This document shows positions 29,401 to 39,819 of a stretch of DNA of 64,000 nucleotides, piece after piece. The notes under the pieces were generated by a model. That model saw nothing but the letters and a program-made list of their open reading frames with translations. It ran no database searches and was not told where the DNA came from. The position numbers were made by a program, and so were the translations under genes. How positions within the stretch are numbered: position 1 is the stretch's first letter; each line of letters opens with the position of its first letter. The stretch is taken from assembly GCA_963727625.1 (NCBI GenBank), contig CAVSHR010000006.1:1-64000 (forward strand), read 5' to 3'. The DNA comes from an uncultured delta proteobacterium (GTDB taxonomy: Bacteria; Desulfobacterota; Binatia; UBA9968).

Positions 29401-30138
29401 ATGCCAAGCACAGTGACCGAGATCGCACCGGATGTTTACCGGCTGTCGACGTTCCAGCCTGATTTCGGCATTCAATTCAATCAATTTTTGGTCAAGGACG
29501 ACGAGCCGTTTCTGATGCACACAGGGATGAAAAAAATGTTCGCCGCCACTTTGGAAGCGGTGGCAACCGTCATCGATCCGGCCAAACTGCGCTGGGTCGG
29601 CTTCAGCCACTTCGAGTCGGACGAGTGCGGCGCGCTCAACGAATGGCTGCGCGTCGCACCGCAAGCGCAGGCAACCTGCAGCTTCGTGGGCGCCGTCGTG
29701 ATGGTCAATGATTTTGCTGACCGCCCGGCCCGGCCGCTGGCCGACAACGAGGTGCTGATCACCGGTCGGCGTCGGCTGCGGTTCCTGGCGACGCCGCATG
29801 TGCCGCACGGCTGGGACGCGGGCTTCTTTTTCGAAGAGAGCGATCGGACGCTTTTCTGCTCCGACCTGTTCTTCCACCCCGCCGACCCGGAACCGCTGAT
29901 GCAGACCGACGTCGTTGAGCGCGCGCGCGAGTCGATTGTGCAAAATCTCACTGGCCCGCTGGCCCACGACATGCCGTATACGGCATCCACCGACGCGACG
30001 TTGCGGAGACTTGCCGATTTAAAGCCGCGCACCCTGGCCGTGATGCATGGCTCGTCGTTCCAAGGCGATGGCGCCGGCGCCATCCTCGGCCTTGCCCAAG
30101 TTATTAAGGAAACTTTAGGTGCGCCCAAGGGCGCGTAG
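29401..30138 (+). CDS. MBL-fold metallo-hydrolase (FprA/ODP-like)
   Basis: [23 protein letters not shown]. Confidence 0.88.
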   Translation: MPSTVTEIAPDVYRLSTFQPDFGIQFNQFLVKDDEPFLMHTGMKKMFAATLEAVATVIDPAKLRWVGFSHFESDECGALNEWLRVAPQAQATCSFVGAVVMVNDFADRPARPLADNEVLITGRRRLRFLATPHVPHGWDAGFFFEESDRTLFCSDLFFHPADPEPLMQTDVVERARESIVQNLTGPLAHDMPYTASTDATLRRLADLKPRTLAVMHGSSFQGDGAGAILGLAQVIKETLGAPKGA

Positions 30139-30743
30139 TGCCGACGGAAAATATGGCGCTTGTAGTTAAAAAATTTTCCGCTGACCGTCTGGAAGAATGC
30201 GTATCGCTCTTAGCCGATGCGTTCGTCACCAATCCGCTGCATCTGCGCGCTTTCGGCCCCGGGCGGATCGATCAGAATCGTTTATTCTTCCGCATCGGTC
30301 TGCGCCGCATGTTCATCGGCGAAGCTTTCATGGCGTTGGAAGACAAGGCGGTGCGCGGCTATGTCCACTTCAACCCCTGGCCCGATTGTTTGCCGAAGCC
30401 GGAAGAAATCCCGCTCGCGATGGCGACGTTGTTGCGACCTTTGGGTGAAGCGATCCCCCAGGTGATCCGCTGGTTCAGCCGGTGGTGTCATCTCGACCCC
30501 GACGAGCCGCATGTGCATCTCGGACCGATCGGCGTCGCCCCAGAGGCCCAAGGTCGAGGCGTCGGCACCGCATTGATGAATCGCTACATCGAATACCTCG
30601 AGTTGGAAAAAATCGCCGGCTACCTCGAGACCGACCGGCCCGAGAATGTCGAGTTCTATAAAAAATTCGGCTTCGTGCTGCGCCACCAAGAAGAATTGAT
30701 CGGCACGCCGACCTGGTATATGTGGCGGCCGGCAGGCGCATAA
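30138..30743 (+). CDS. GNAT family N-acetyltransferase
   Basis: GVAPEAQGRGVG, YLET, NVEFYKKFGF. Confidence 0.9.
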   Translation: MPTENMALVVKKFSADRLEECVSLLADAFVTNPLHLRAFGPGRIDQNRLFFRIGLRRMFIGEAFMALEDKAVRGYVHFNPWPDCLPKPEEIPLAMATLLRPLGEAIPQVIRWFSRWCHLDPDEPHVHLGPIGVAPEAQGRGVGTALMNRYIEYLELEKIAGYLETDRPENVEFYKKFGFVLRHQEELIGTPTWYMWRPAGA

Positions 30744-31016
30744 GCGTCGGTGGGAAGCAGCGATTTTAAGCGCGGAACCGTTAACCTTGGCTCTGCAGCT
30801 GCACCGCCAAAGCGGGTGCGGCGAAATTCGCCGGGCCATTAGCCGGCGATCTGGGGAAGCCACTCGACCGGGCGGACTCTTAACAGTCGGTATCGTCGGC
30901 GCTGCGCGATCCCTGCGAAAGAGGACGACCAACGGGATTATAAAATTTTCTCGCGTCAATTTTGACGCGAACTCTGACCGATTTGTTAAAGGCTTTATTA
31001 AAAGGTCTCGCCTTGA

Positions 31017-31178
31017 TTAGTCCCAATGTGACCTAATCCAGAAGCCGGCCAGAAATGCGGTTGCACCAATCGCCAATAGCGTCCACTCAATTCCATAACG
31101 GGGCAGGTAATAACCTTCAAAAAGTCCGATGGCGTAAAGTGTCAATATGGAAAAAACGCGTCTAAGCCATTTTTTCAT
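31017..31178 (-). CDS. small membrane protein (53 aa, two hydrophobic helices)
   Basis: MKKWLRRVFSILTLYAIGLFEGYYLPRYGIEWTLLAIGATAFLAGFWIRSHWD; below the ORF-track cutoff. Confidence 0.55.
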   Translation of the reverse strand: MKKWLRRVFSILTLYAIGLFEGYYLPRYGIEWTLLAIGATAFLAGFWIRSHWD

Positions 31179-31303
31179 ATTCTTCGGCATACGCACAACT
31201 CATACCACTTTCGCAGTTCGGACGCCATGCAAACTCACGGCGGTTTTAACGACAAAATGTGACAAACCGAGAGGCAAAATTGAACGAACCTCTGACTAAC
31301 CTG

Positions 31304-31716
31304 CTAGTGTGGTGTCGCTAACGCTTGTTTACATTTGGCGATTTTGGTCATGATGGTATCCGTTGATGCTTTCCAAACGAAAGCGCGAGGGGTTTGGTTG
31401 TGACAATTGAGGTAGTCTTGGATCGCAGCAATCAATTGCGCAACGCTGTGGAAACTGCCGCGGCGAATCCGCTTGTCGGTTATCTCTCCAAACCAACGCT
31501 CGACCAGCTTCAACCAAGAACTCGACGTCGGGATGAAGTGGATGTGGAATCTGGGATGTCCGCTGATCCAGGATTTGACCCGCGGGTGTTTGTGGGTTGC
31601 GTAGTTGTCTACGATAAGGTGCAGATCGAGATGGGACTGGGTCTCGGCATCGATCTTGTTGAGGAAACGAATAAATTCCTGGTGTCGATGACGCGGCATA
31701 CAGTCGCCGATCACCT
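31304..31716 (-). pseudogene. IS630 family transposase C-terminal relic
   Basis: [32 protein letters not shown]; ends ACACCACACTAG. Confidence 0.88.
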
Positions 31717-31911
31717 TGCCATTTTGAGCTTGGCGAGGGTTAGCGGAAAGTCAATCAACGAAAACGGTTTTGGCCCGCCACTTTCTCAAGTCCAAGAAAT
31801 TGGCTAATTTTTCGGTGGCGGCGGTGTTCTCCCCAATTGTCGGGCGCTGAGCCGGGTGTTATTTGTCAATTGCCGGCAAACTCTGTCGCGAATACTTACA
31901 GGAGATTGGCG

Positions 31912-32508
31912 ATGGCGAAATTGATCGATCCTTGGGACCATCACGATTGGAGCTCGCGAAAATACGTTGCTGACTGGGCCGAGCGTCAAGACGAACGGGA
32001 AATCGATCGTGCGGAGATTTTCCGTTTGATCGCGATGAGCCTGCCCTTCGAGCAGCAAGCCGCGGCGAGCATTTTGGACTTGGGCGCGGGCTATGGCGCG
32101 CTCGCGCAGTATTTGCTCAGTCACTTTCTCAATGCCACGGCGGTTTGCCAGGACGGCTCGGCGGAGATGGCCAAGCTTGGCCGCCGACGCATGAGCTCTC
32201 TCAATGGCCGCTTCGAGTACATTCTCTGTGATTTTAGCAAGCCCGGTTGGAGCCGGAAGATCGATGGGCCGTTCGATGCCGTGGTTTCTTCCATCGCGAT
32301 TCACAACGTCCGCTCCCCCGAGATTATCCGGTCGATCTACCAAGAAACTTTTTCACTGGTTAAACGGGGCGGCTGTTTTCTCAACTTCGACCGCATGACG
32401 CCCTCCAGGACCGGGCAGATGGCGTGGCTCAAAACCGCCGGTTTTGCCAGAGTGAAATGTCTTTGGGACGGCGGCCGGCGCGCGCTTGTGGGTGGATACA
32501 AGAAGTGA
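31912..32508 (+). CDS. class I SAM-dependent methyltransferase
   Basis: ILDLGAGYG, FDAVVSSIAIHN, GGCFLNFD. Confidence 0.88.
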   Translation: MAKLIDPWDHHDWSSRKYVADWAERQDEREIDRAEIFRLIAMSLPFEQQAAASILDLGAGYGALAQYLLSHFLNATAVCQDGSAEMAKLGRRRMSSLNGRFEYILCDFSKPGWSRKIDGPFDAVVSSIAIHNVRSPEIIRSIYQETFSLVKRGGCFLNFDRMTPSRTGQMAWLKTAGFARVKCLWDGGRRALVGGYKK

Positions 32509-32711
32509 GGCGGGGATCGAGTGAACCGCCGCACCACGTCTCACCTCCGACGATTTTGCCGTCCAAAATTTTTTGGTCGCTCGCCAATGCGATATTGGCG
32601 ACGGAGATGCGCAAGGCAATCTAAAACGACGCACGGGTAAAAGACCGAAGTAGAACTGCGGCCCCGATACCGAGTCAATGCGGGTTTCGCTTGCGCTAAA
32701 AAAGTTGTGGC

Positions 32712-32921
32712 CTAGTCGTCGAGCCGGAAGCCGAGCTTGATCGTCACCTGCCAGTAGTCGACTTTATTGTCGACGACATAGCCGCGCGTATCGATCACCT
32801 GGAACCAGTGAATATTGTGGAGCGTCTCGCCCGCTTTGGTGATGGCGTTTTTGACGGCGTCTTCCATGGAAGTTCGAGAAGAACCGGTCAATTCGACTTG
32901 CTTATAGATGTGATCGTCCAT
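32712..32921 (-). CDS. dodecin (flavin-binding)
   Basis: HIYKQVELTGSS...WFQV..TRG...WQVTIKLGFRL. Confidence 0.93.
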   Translation of the reverse strand: MDDHIYKQVELTGSSRTSMEDAVKNAITKAGETLHNIHWFQVIDTRGYVVDNKVDYWQVTIKLGFRLDD

Positions 32922-33130
32922 TGGAGCCTCCCTTTTTGCGTCATTTTTGGTTTCACCGTTGCGCCCTGCCGCAACAGCGATGCTCGGCTACGGGCCATTC
33001 AACCACTGAGAAACAGCCAGCTCAAGAGTGCGAGGTGAATACTTGCAGCGGGCTCGATCGATCGCCGCCGCGTCCTTCCCAGCGTCAACGGCGCGCGCAA
33101 CAGTAAGTTATTAAGCCCCGCCGCGTCTGC

Positions 33131-33200
33131 CCGCGGCCGCGTCTCGCCGAAGTCGCCCGCGTGGAACGGCTCACGCCGTATATGATCCGCGTGGTTCTTC
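33131..33200 (+). pseudogene. N-terminal relic of a siderophore-interacting protein
   Basis: RLAEVARVERLTPYMIRVVL resembles a ViuB/FAD_binding_9 N-terminus; no continuation. Confidence 0.5.
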
Positions 33201-33738
33201 CGGCAAGGCACGGCGCTGCGAAGGCTTCGATGGTTCTGATCTTTAAGAGCCATCTTGCGAGACGGCTCGACGTTTCGCCCCTGCTTCGAAGAGAAGCTTA
33301 TTTTGCAGCGCCGACTGACAAACTTTGCCAATTGGATGCAGAATTTGACAGGGGAGCGCGAATTCCATACCGACTTAGGGGAAGAATTCTCCCAAACAAA
33401 GCCCTGAGCTCTCTTGGCCCATCTATTGCGTCCTCGTTCTTTCACTAATTTTAAGAGACCCTCACCGATAATGCATACTCACGGTGACGTGAGGACGCAA
33501 AGCCACAGATCAGCGGAAATGGCTGATGGCTGGACCGCCGAAGTGAGGGGTTTGATTCTGCAGCGCAGGGTCTCGACAAGAAGGAGTAATTCCCAATGGT
33601 TGAGGCCCTTTCCTATTTTCCGTTTAATTCGTTTCAATTACCGGTTTTCATTGTTCTATTCCTAAGCCTAGTAGAAGTTTCTCGTGATCTGGGACTGCCA
33701 GCTTTTGGTGCTAGGGTCGGCGAAACCAGGAGCCCCAA

Positions 33739-35142
33739 ATGACGATCGCGAGCACGTGCAATGCTATTCATGACTCCTTCGTTGCTCCCAGCCGCGCTGA
33801 GTGCTTCGGAGGTTTGGGATGGCAAGTCCAAACAGTTGGCCAACATCAAGCGAATCCGTTCGCTCTCTTGATTCTCGGTCTGGACCACTTTGAACGGATC
33901 AACGCAAGTTTCGGCTATCAAATCGGCGATTTGCTTCTAAAGGAGGTTGAATTACGCCTCCGGCAGATGCTGGGCACCCAAACTTTTCGTCGAGTTGGCG
34001 GTGCTGAATTTGTTGTGATCTTGCCTAATGGGTCGCTAACGGATGCCGCCTTCCGTGCCCACGAAATTCTCAAGGCAATTCATCGACCTTTTGAAATTGC
34101 GGAATTCAATCTCGGACTAATCGCAAGGATCGGTTTGGCGCTTTCTCAAGAACAAGAGATCAGCGCTCACACACTCCTGCACCGGGCTCGTTTAGCTTTA
34201 TCGGCAGCCAGGAATGCACGGCAAGACTTTTTCGTTTACTCACCCAAACAGGCCGATATTGAAAGCCAAAAGGCATGGCTCACGAGCGATTTGCGTCATG
34301 CTATCGACGACGATCAGCTGTTTTTAGTTTATCAACCCAAAATAGACCTCATGACCGGCCAAGTCGCCGGAGTCGAGGCGCTTGTGCGTTGGCGTCACCC
34401 CCAACTCGGGGTCATTTCGCCGGATCAGTTTATTCCGTTAGCAGAGGAAACAGGCCTGATCACGCAACTCACTCATTCGGTATTCCAAAAGGTTTTGCGG
34501 CAGTGCCGGGCCTGGAATCAAGCCGGAATGGCGACCAAAATCGCCACCAACCTCTCCATGTGGGACCTGCGGGATGAAGGATTTTCGGACCAGGTTCCTG
34601 GTCTTCTCGCAAGTTATGGCGTCTCACCTGACCAGCTTGGGCTCGAGATCACTGAAACCGCGATCATGAGCAGTTCGTCCCGTGTGGCCGAGATCCTTCA
34701 ATGCATGAAAAAAATGGGGCTGTGGATTTCAATCGATGACTTTGGAACCGGATACTCGTCCCTCGCGTATATCAAGAACTTGCCGGTTAACGAGATCAAA
34801 ATTGACAGAACTTTCGTAACCAACATGTCGGAAAATATCAACGACACGATAATCGTCCAGTCCGTTATCGACCTTGCGCACAAGCTCGGACTTAAAGTGG
34901 TTGCTGAAGGAGTCGAAAATAAAAAAACCAAGGAAATGCTCGGCAGTTTCAAGTGTGATGCGGCGCAGGGGTATTACATGAGCAAGCCGATTTCTCCAAT
35001 AGAGTTTCAGTATTGGCTGAGCAAACGTTCGCAGCAGATCCCTGCGGCCAATGCCGACAAGAGATGGATCAATAAAGTTTTGCAGTTCAATCCGTTTTAC
35101 TCATATGCTGCATCCAAAGCCGGCTTCGATGAGAGAGTCTAA
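33739..35142 (+). CDS. degenerate GGDEF plus EAL c-di-GMP phosphodiesterase
   Basis: GGAEF; YQPK, EALVRW, EITE, DDFGTGYSSL, VVAEGVE, QGY; sensory N-terminus appears absent. Confidence 0.88.
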   Translation: MTIASTCNAIHDSFVAPSRAECFGGLGWQVQTVGQHQANPFALLILGLDHFERINASFGYQIGDLLLKEVELRLRQMLGTQTFRRVGGAEFVVILPNGSLTDAAFRAHEILKAIHRPFEIAEFNLGLIARIGLALSQEQEISAHTLLHRARLALSAARNARQDFFVYSPKQADIESQKAWLTSDLRHAIDDDQLFLVYQPKIDLMTGQVAGVEALVRWRHPQLGVISPDQFIPLAEETGLITQLTHSVFQKVLRQCRAWNQAGMATKIATNLSMWDLRDEGFSDQVPGLLASYGVSPDQLGLEITETAIMSSSSRVAEILQCMKKMGLWISIDDFGTGYSSLAYIKNLPVNEIKIDRTFVTNMSENINDTIIVQSVIDLAHKLGLKVVAEGVENKKTKEMLGSFKCDAAQGYYMSKPISPIEFQYWLSKRSQQIPAANADKRWINKVLQFNPFYSYAASKAGFDERV

Positions 35143-36232
35143 GGTGTTGGCCACGCTCGATTCCTGTGACGAGATGGAAAATCGCCACTCGAAGCATGAC
35201 GAACTCGACTCTGCTGTGCCAGCTCACACTGGGAACGGGAACGAGCCGGTGCTGCAATGCCATGGGAACCTCGCGAAACTCACTCCCACGACAGATTCTT
35301 TGATGGCCTTCAAGTCGCAGCGTGAGTGCGTGATCGACCAGTCGGAGGCAGCAGATATTACGGAAGCGCAGCGTGCTCGGGAAATTCAACAGGGTGAAGC
35401 GGAAATGACCGCGCTGGAAGCGAAGCTTCAAGTGAAGGACAAGTCGGTACCTGGAAAAAATACTTCCAGAAGCGAACTGCCAGAAAGTTTTGCGGTTAAA
35501 ATCCGCGAGCTGGAGGACCTACTAAGAGTCAATGACAAGCTTCTTCAAAGTCGCGACACCGGGCTCGAAGATCTCCAGGCAAAGATCAGCGTTTCGATGA
35601 TCCAAGTAACGCGGCTGGAGTCTCTTATCCAGCATTTACGCACAGCGGCTCTCGGTGAAACGCAGCGAACCCAGGAAATCGAAGAGAAATATGCGGCGCT
35701 TGAAGCGACACTCAGGGAAAAGGAAGACAGCGCGCAAGCTTCTACGGTCACACAGCTCCGGGAGAGCTTTAATACGAAAGTTCGTATGCTTGAAAACCAG
35801 CTACAAGTGAAAGACCAGCTTTTGCAAAATCTCGCAGCCGAGTTAAAGCAAAACAAACTACCTCATAAGATCGAGGACGATGATGCGGTGAAACTCCGCG
35901 AATGCATGTCTGCAGAAGTCCAAAAACTAACCGCCGAACTAAGGGAAAAGAAAATTGCCCTGGCTTCCTACGAAAAATCTCACTGGCGCTCGATCGGACG
36001 GCGTAACTTCTGGGCAAGAATAGTTCACGGGAAACGTTTATGGAAGCCAAGTAGCTCCACTCCCTCACATCATCCTGGCACCGATGACCGAACGGGATCC
36101 ACCGCTCCATCCACACGGAATCCAGAGGAGCAAAAGAAGCCTCTGGTAAGGCCAAACATGGTGGATTCACAACGGCTCAACCCAACGCAGCTCGAAAATC
36201 CTATTAAGACCAAAAAGATCGTGAATTTTTAG
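35129..36232 (+). CDS. coiled-coil hypothetical protein
   Basis: heptad E/K/L/Q-rich repeats; start uncertain (35129 or 35174). Confidence 0.6.
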   Translation: MRESKVLATLDSCDEMENRHSKHDELDSAVPAHTGNGNEPVLQCHGNLAKLTPTTDSLMAFKSQRECVIDQSEAADITEAQRAREIQQGEAEMTALEAKLQVKDKSVPGKNTSRSELPESFAVKIRELEDLLRVNDKLLQSRDTGLEDLQAKISVSMIQVTRLESLIQHLRTAALGETQRTQEIEEKYAALEATLREKEDSAQASTVTQLRESFNTKVRMLENQLQVKDQLLQNLAAELKQNKLPHKIEDDDAVKLRECMSAEVQKLTAELREKKIALASYEKSHWRSIGRRNFWARIVHGKRLWKPSSSTPSHHPGTDDRTGSTAPSTRNPEEQKKPLVRPNMVDSQRLNPTQLENPIKTKKIVNF

Positions 36233-36534
36233 AGCCTGGCAGATCGGGGGAACCGATCGACGCTAAGCCCACTGCCTTTCCGGAGAAGGCGCAAGTTTTC
36301 CGTAGAACCGGTCCTGACCTGCCTGAGTTGCCCTAATCCGGAAGTCTTTGTCGAGCCGTGTCGGCCAAACTCTGTCGAGGGGTCAGTTATTGGGCCTCGG
36401 GAAACGATCAGAAACATCAAAGGTCGCGACGCGACTCTGTAGAGTGCTCTATTAGGGCGCCGGCCAAGGCGTCGCGACCGTGCCGCGAAGTATAGAGCAG
36501 AGCATCGCGGCGATTTGCACTTGAAAAGCGATGG

Positions 36535-36888
36535 CTATTTTTTCCGCGGTTTTGCCGAGGCGGATGCCATTTCGACGCCTAATTTGTTAGCCGTCTCTCG
36601 ATCCATCGCGCCGGTGACTTTGAGCCCGTTGGTTTTTTGAAAATCCCTTAGCGCTTCCTTGGTTTTTTTACCCATCACGCCATCGACGTTGCCGGGATCT
36701 TCTCCTTTACTTTTAAGTGCCTCTTGAACCTTTTTGACCTCATCCCGACTTTGATCGTTCACGGCGCTTTTCATTGCCTTTTCCTGTTTAGGCCCGGCCT
36801 TTTGAGACTCGTCGGCAGCCCAACAAGGAACAGCTAATGTCGCAACAAATGCTGACACCAAGAGAGTTCTTCCAAATGTGGGTTTCAT
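36535..36888 (-). CDS. secreted peptidoglycan-binding domain protein
   Basis: signal peptide; VQEALK..G.DPG.VDGVMG..T..AL..FQ...GL.VTG. Confidence 0.88.
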   Translation of the reverse strand: MKPTFGRTLLVSAFVATLAVPCWAADESQKAGPKQEKAMKSAVNDQSRDEVKKVQEALKSKGEDPGNVDGVMGKKTKEALRDFQKTNGLKVTGAMDRETANKLGVEMASASAKPRKK

Positions 36889-36918
36889 ACGATTCCCCCC
36901 TTCTGCCCTGGTAGATTA

Positions 36919-36934
36919 GGCAAGTGGCGTGCCA
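36919..36934 (-). promoter_or_regulatory. sigma54 -24/-12 promoter
   Basis: TGGCAC-GCCAC-TTGCC, 30 nt upstream of the start. Confidence 0.8.
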
Positions 36935-37302
36935 TAGAAAAACAGCCAGGCGACGCATCCTTGCGGGTCAGAACAATGCGTTCATGGGGCAATTCGCCTC
37001 GACAGTTTACCACCCTGTCACAGGACCATCAGCTATCGCCGCAATGAAGCGCGGCGCAGTCGGTTTATTATGATGCTGGGTCGTGGATTGGCGCAGTGAA
37101 CAATATCAAGTTTTTTTACATGCTGGCGCTTCGCTGAATGCACAGGATAGGCCTGGGCTTGGGAACGCTTGCGCTTCGATGATTCATTTATAATCCGGCG
37201 ATTTTAAACTCATAAGAACAACTTTCGCGGGCAATAAATTCGGTATTCCTATTGGATACGCTTCTACTAGGCACCGTTCTTGCGTTTTTCTAAATATCAG
37301 AG

Positions 37303-38127
37303 GTGGCCATCATGAGGTCGTTTCCACATTGGAAGCTGAGCGATATAGCGTATGAGGACATTCGTCCCCGGCCATGGCTCAATGCGGAATCGCGCTTGTT
37401 ATATCTTTTGGCATCGGCGTCGTTCGTGGAAATCACTTCGGATCTCTATGCATCGGCGCTCGTCGATTTTTTTCGAGCGGACAGGGAAGTGACGGATTGG
37501 TTGAATAAACATTGGCTTCCCGAGGAACTCCAGCACGGCGTCGCTCTCAAACGCTACGTTAATACCGTGTGGCCGGAGTTCGACTGGGAATTCACGTATC
37601 AAAGTTTTTATCGAGAGTACTCGCAACGCTGTCAAGTCAAGGTACTCGGACCAACCTGGGCGTTGGAAATGGCGTCTCGCTGCGTGGTTGAGACGGGAAC
37701 GGCGAGCTTGTACACGATGCTGCAACGCCTGGTCAGCGACCCGGTATTACGCCGGCTCACCTGGCACATTAGAAATGATGAGATAGGGCACTACAAACAC
37801 TTCTACAGCTACTTTTGCCGCTTCCGGGAGCAAAAACCGACCGGACGTTACGCTTTGGCGCGAGCGTTATGGAGCCGCATCTCTGAAATCGATCAAGAAG
37901 ACGGCTACTACGCATACAAGCACGTGTTTACGGCCTGTCACCCCGAGCGGGTTTTCAATGACGATGATTACAGAAGGTTCTGCGACCATTATAAATCGCT
38001 TGCCCGGCAATATTATCCTTACACCATGGCGGCCAAAATGCTTCTCAAGCCGTTGGGACTCCCGCCAATGGCGAGCCAGCTAGCTGTTCCAATTATATCG
38101 GCGGGTGCAAAGCGCCTATGCGCATGA
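37303..38127 (+). CDS. ferritin-like di-iron protein
   Basis: SFVE, WLPEELQHG, CVVETG, DEIGHY (two ExxH motifs). Confidence 0.85.
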   Translation: MAIMRSFPHWKLSDIAYEDIRPRPWLNAESRLLYLLASASFVEITSDLYASALVDFFRADREVTDWLNKHWLPEELQHGVALKRYVNTVWPEFDWEFTYQSFYREYSQRCQVKVLGPTWALEMASRCVVETGTASLYTMLQRLVSDPVLRRLTWHIRNDEIGHYKHFYSYFCRFREQKPTGRYALARALWSRISEIDQEDGYYAYKHVFTACHPERVFNDDDYRRFCDHYKSLARQYYPYTMAAKMLLKPLGLPPMASQLAVPIISAGAKRLCA

Positions 38128-38384
38128 TGATCACAAACGCGCAGAGTGCCTGACTTGTTTAAATTGCCTAATTCCAAAATTTGAATCGAGTACGTCGCAC
38201 GGTTGGTCGCTGGTCATCACCGGGAAAAACCCCTGGGTATGAGCGTAAGCTAGATTTATTTCTTCAGATTCGAATGCTCGTTCATGGACGCTAGGGAGTC
38301 GCTCGTGCCGCGCCCACCACCGAGGATTTTATTTTGTGGGGCCTGACGTTTACGACTTGACTATCTTTGGACAATGCGGCTTCG

Positions 38385-38480
38385 CTAACTCGCCTTGCTC
38401 ATCACCTCGGCCAAAATCTCGTTGACGAGCGACTGGTACGGCAATCCCTTGGTCTCCGCGGTTTTACGCAACCATTGATA
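38385..38480 (-). pseudogene. BrnA/CopG-like antitoxin C-terminal relic
   Basis: translates as WLRKTAETKGLPYQSLVNEILAEVMSKAS*. Confidence 0.65.
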
Positions 38481-38775
38481 CGGGATGCGAGATTTTGAAT
38501 GTGCTTGGGTAATCGGCGATAGGCCGTCTCCAAGTCGGATCTGACGTAAACTGAGGTGATCGGCCGGGCCATGCCGTTACCGAGTTAATGCAGTTAAAGA
38601 GGAGACTATCTTTGTCTTTCCCTGACGGTAAGCAGCGCCACCCCGTAATTTTTTTTAGTGCGTCGCTGATTTCCGCAAGGCGAGGGTGAGCATATGAAAC
38701 TAAGAAAACTTTATCCGGTCAAGGTACGACGTGAACCAGGGCGAAGGTTCCGGTTAAGAGGCCAACGATCGGGCG

Positions 38776-39819
38776 CTACAAAATCCGATTGAACCACAGG
38801 AGCGAAAGCAACGCGGCGACCAGGGCGAAGAGCGCGGCGGCGCCGGCGAAGAGGGAACTGATTTCCATGTCCTTCTTTTCGAGCAGGAACTTGCTGTTGA
38901 GTGAGTCGTAGATCTTCTTTAAATCGTCGGCGCTGCCGGCGTAGAAATATTGGCCGCGGGTGATGTCGGCAATCGCTTTGAGCGTGTCTTCGTCGAGTCG
39001 CACGCGCATGGACCAGCCTTGGAAGCCGATGCTCTCGCCGCTTTTCGTGCCGAAGCCGACGGTGAAGATGCGCACGCCGCGGTCGGCGGCCAGGCGCGCC
39101 GCATCGAGGGAGTCGGGCCCGGTGGTTCGCTGGCCGTCGGTGAGCAATATGATCGCCGCGGATGTGTAGGAGCCGGGCGGGACCGGCTTGAACGGCGGCT
39201 TTTCAGTTTTATCAGCCTGATCAATCGGGACTCCGCGCGGGCCGTTGCGGCCGTAGATGAACGAGCTCACTTCGATGCCGGCATCGGGGAAGATCGTTGC
39301 GAGCGCGACGATGATGCCGCTGCCGATGGCAGTGCCGCGTTGCAGTTGGAAGCGATCGATCGCACCAACGATGTCGTCGCGATTTTGTGTCGGCACCTGC
39401 ACGACCGCCGCGGTTCCGGCAAACGACACCACGCCGATGCGCACGTTGGAGGGCTGCTCGGCGACGAACGCCTTGGCGGCTGCCTGGGAGGCGACAAGCC
39501 GATTGGGCTGGACGTCGGTGGCGCGCATGCTGCCGGAGACATCCATGGCGAGGATGATGGTTTGATGTTGGGACGGTAAGGTGACCACGGCGGTGGGGCG
39601 GGCGACAGCGACGAGCATGGCGACGAGCGCGGTCAGAAATAGAACCGGCGGAATATGGCGGCGAAACCTCTGGCCCGCGGCCAGCGCTTCTTTCACCATG
39701 CTCAAATTGGCGTACTTGAGCGCGGCCTGCTGCTTGCGGCGCAAGAGATAAAAATATCCCGCCACCAGCGCGGGGACAAGCAGGAGCAGCCAGAGCATCT
39801 CAGGCCAAAGAAATTTCAT
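38776..39819 (-). CDS. BatA-like VWA domain membrane protein
   Basis: DVSGSM MIDAS motif, TAIG, LLTDG. Confidence 0.92.
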   Translation of the reverse strand: MKFLWPEMLWLLLLVPALVAGYFYLLRRKQQAALKYANLSMVKEALAAGQRFRRHIPPVLFLTALVAMLVAVARPTAVVTLPSQHQTIILAMDVSGSMRATDVQPNRLVASQAAAKAFVAEQPSNVRIGVVSFAGTAAVVQVPTQNRDDIVGAIDRFQLQRGTAIGSGIIVALATIFPDAGIEVSSFIYGRNGPRGVPIDQADKTEKPPFKPVPPGSYTSAAIILLTDGQRTTGPDSLDAARLAADRGVRIFTVGFGTKSGESIGFQGWSMRVRLDEDTLKAIADITRGQYFYAGSADDLKKIYDSLNSKFLLEKKDMEISSLFAGAAALFALVAALLSLLWFNRIL

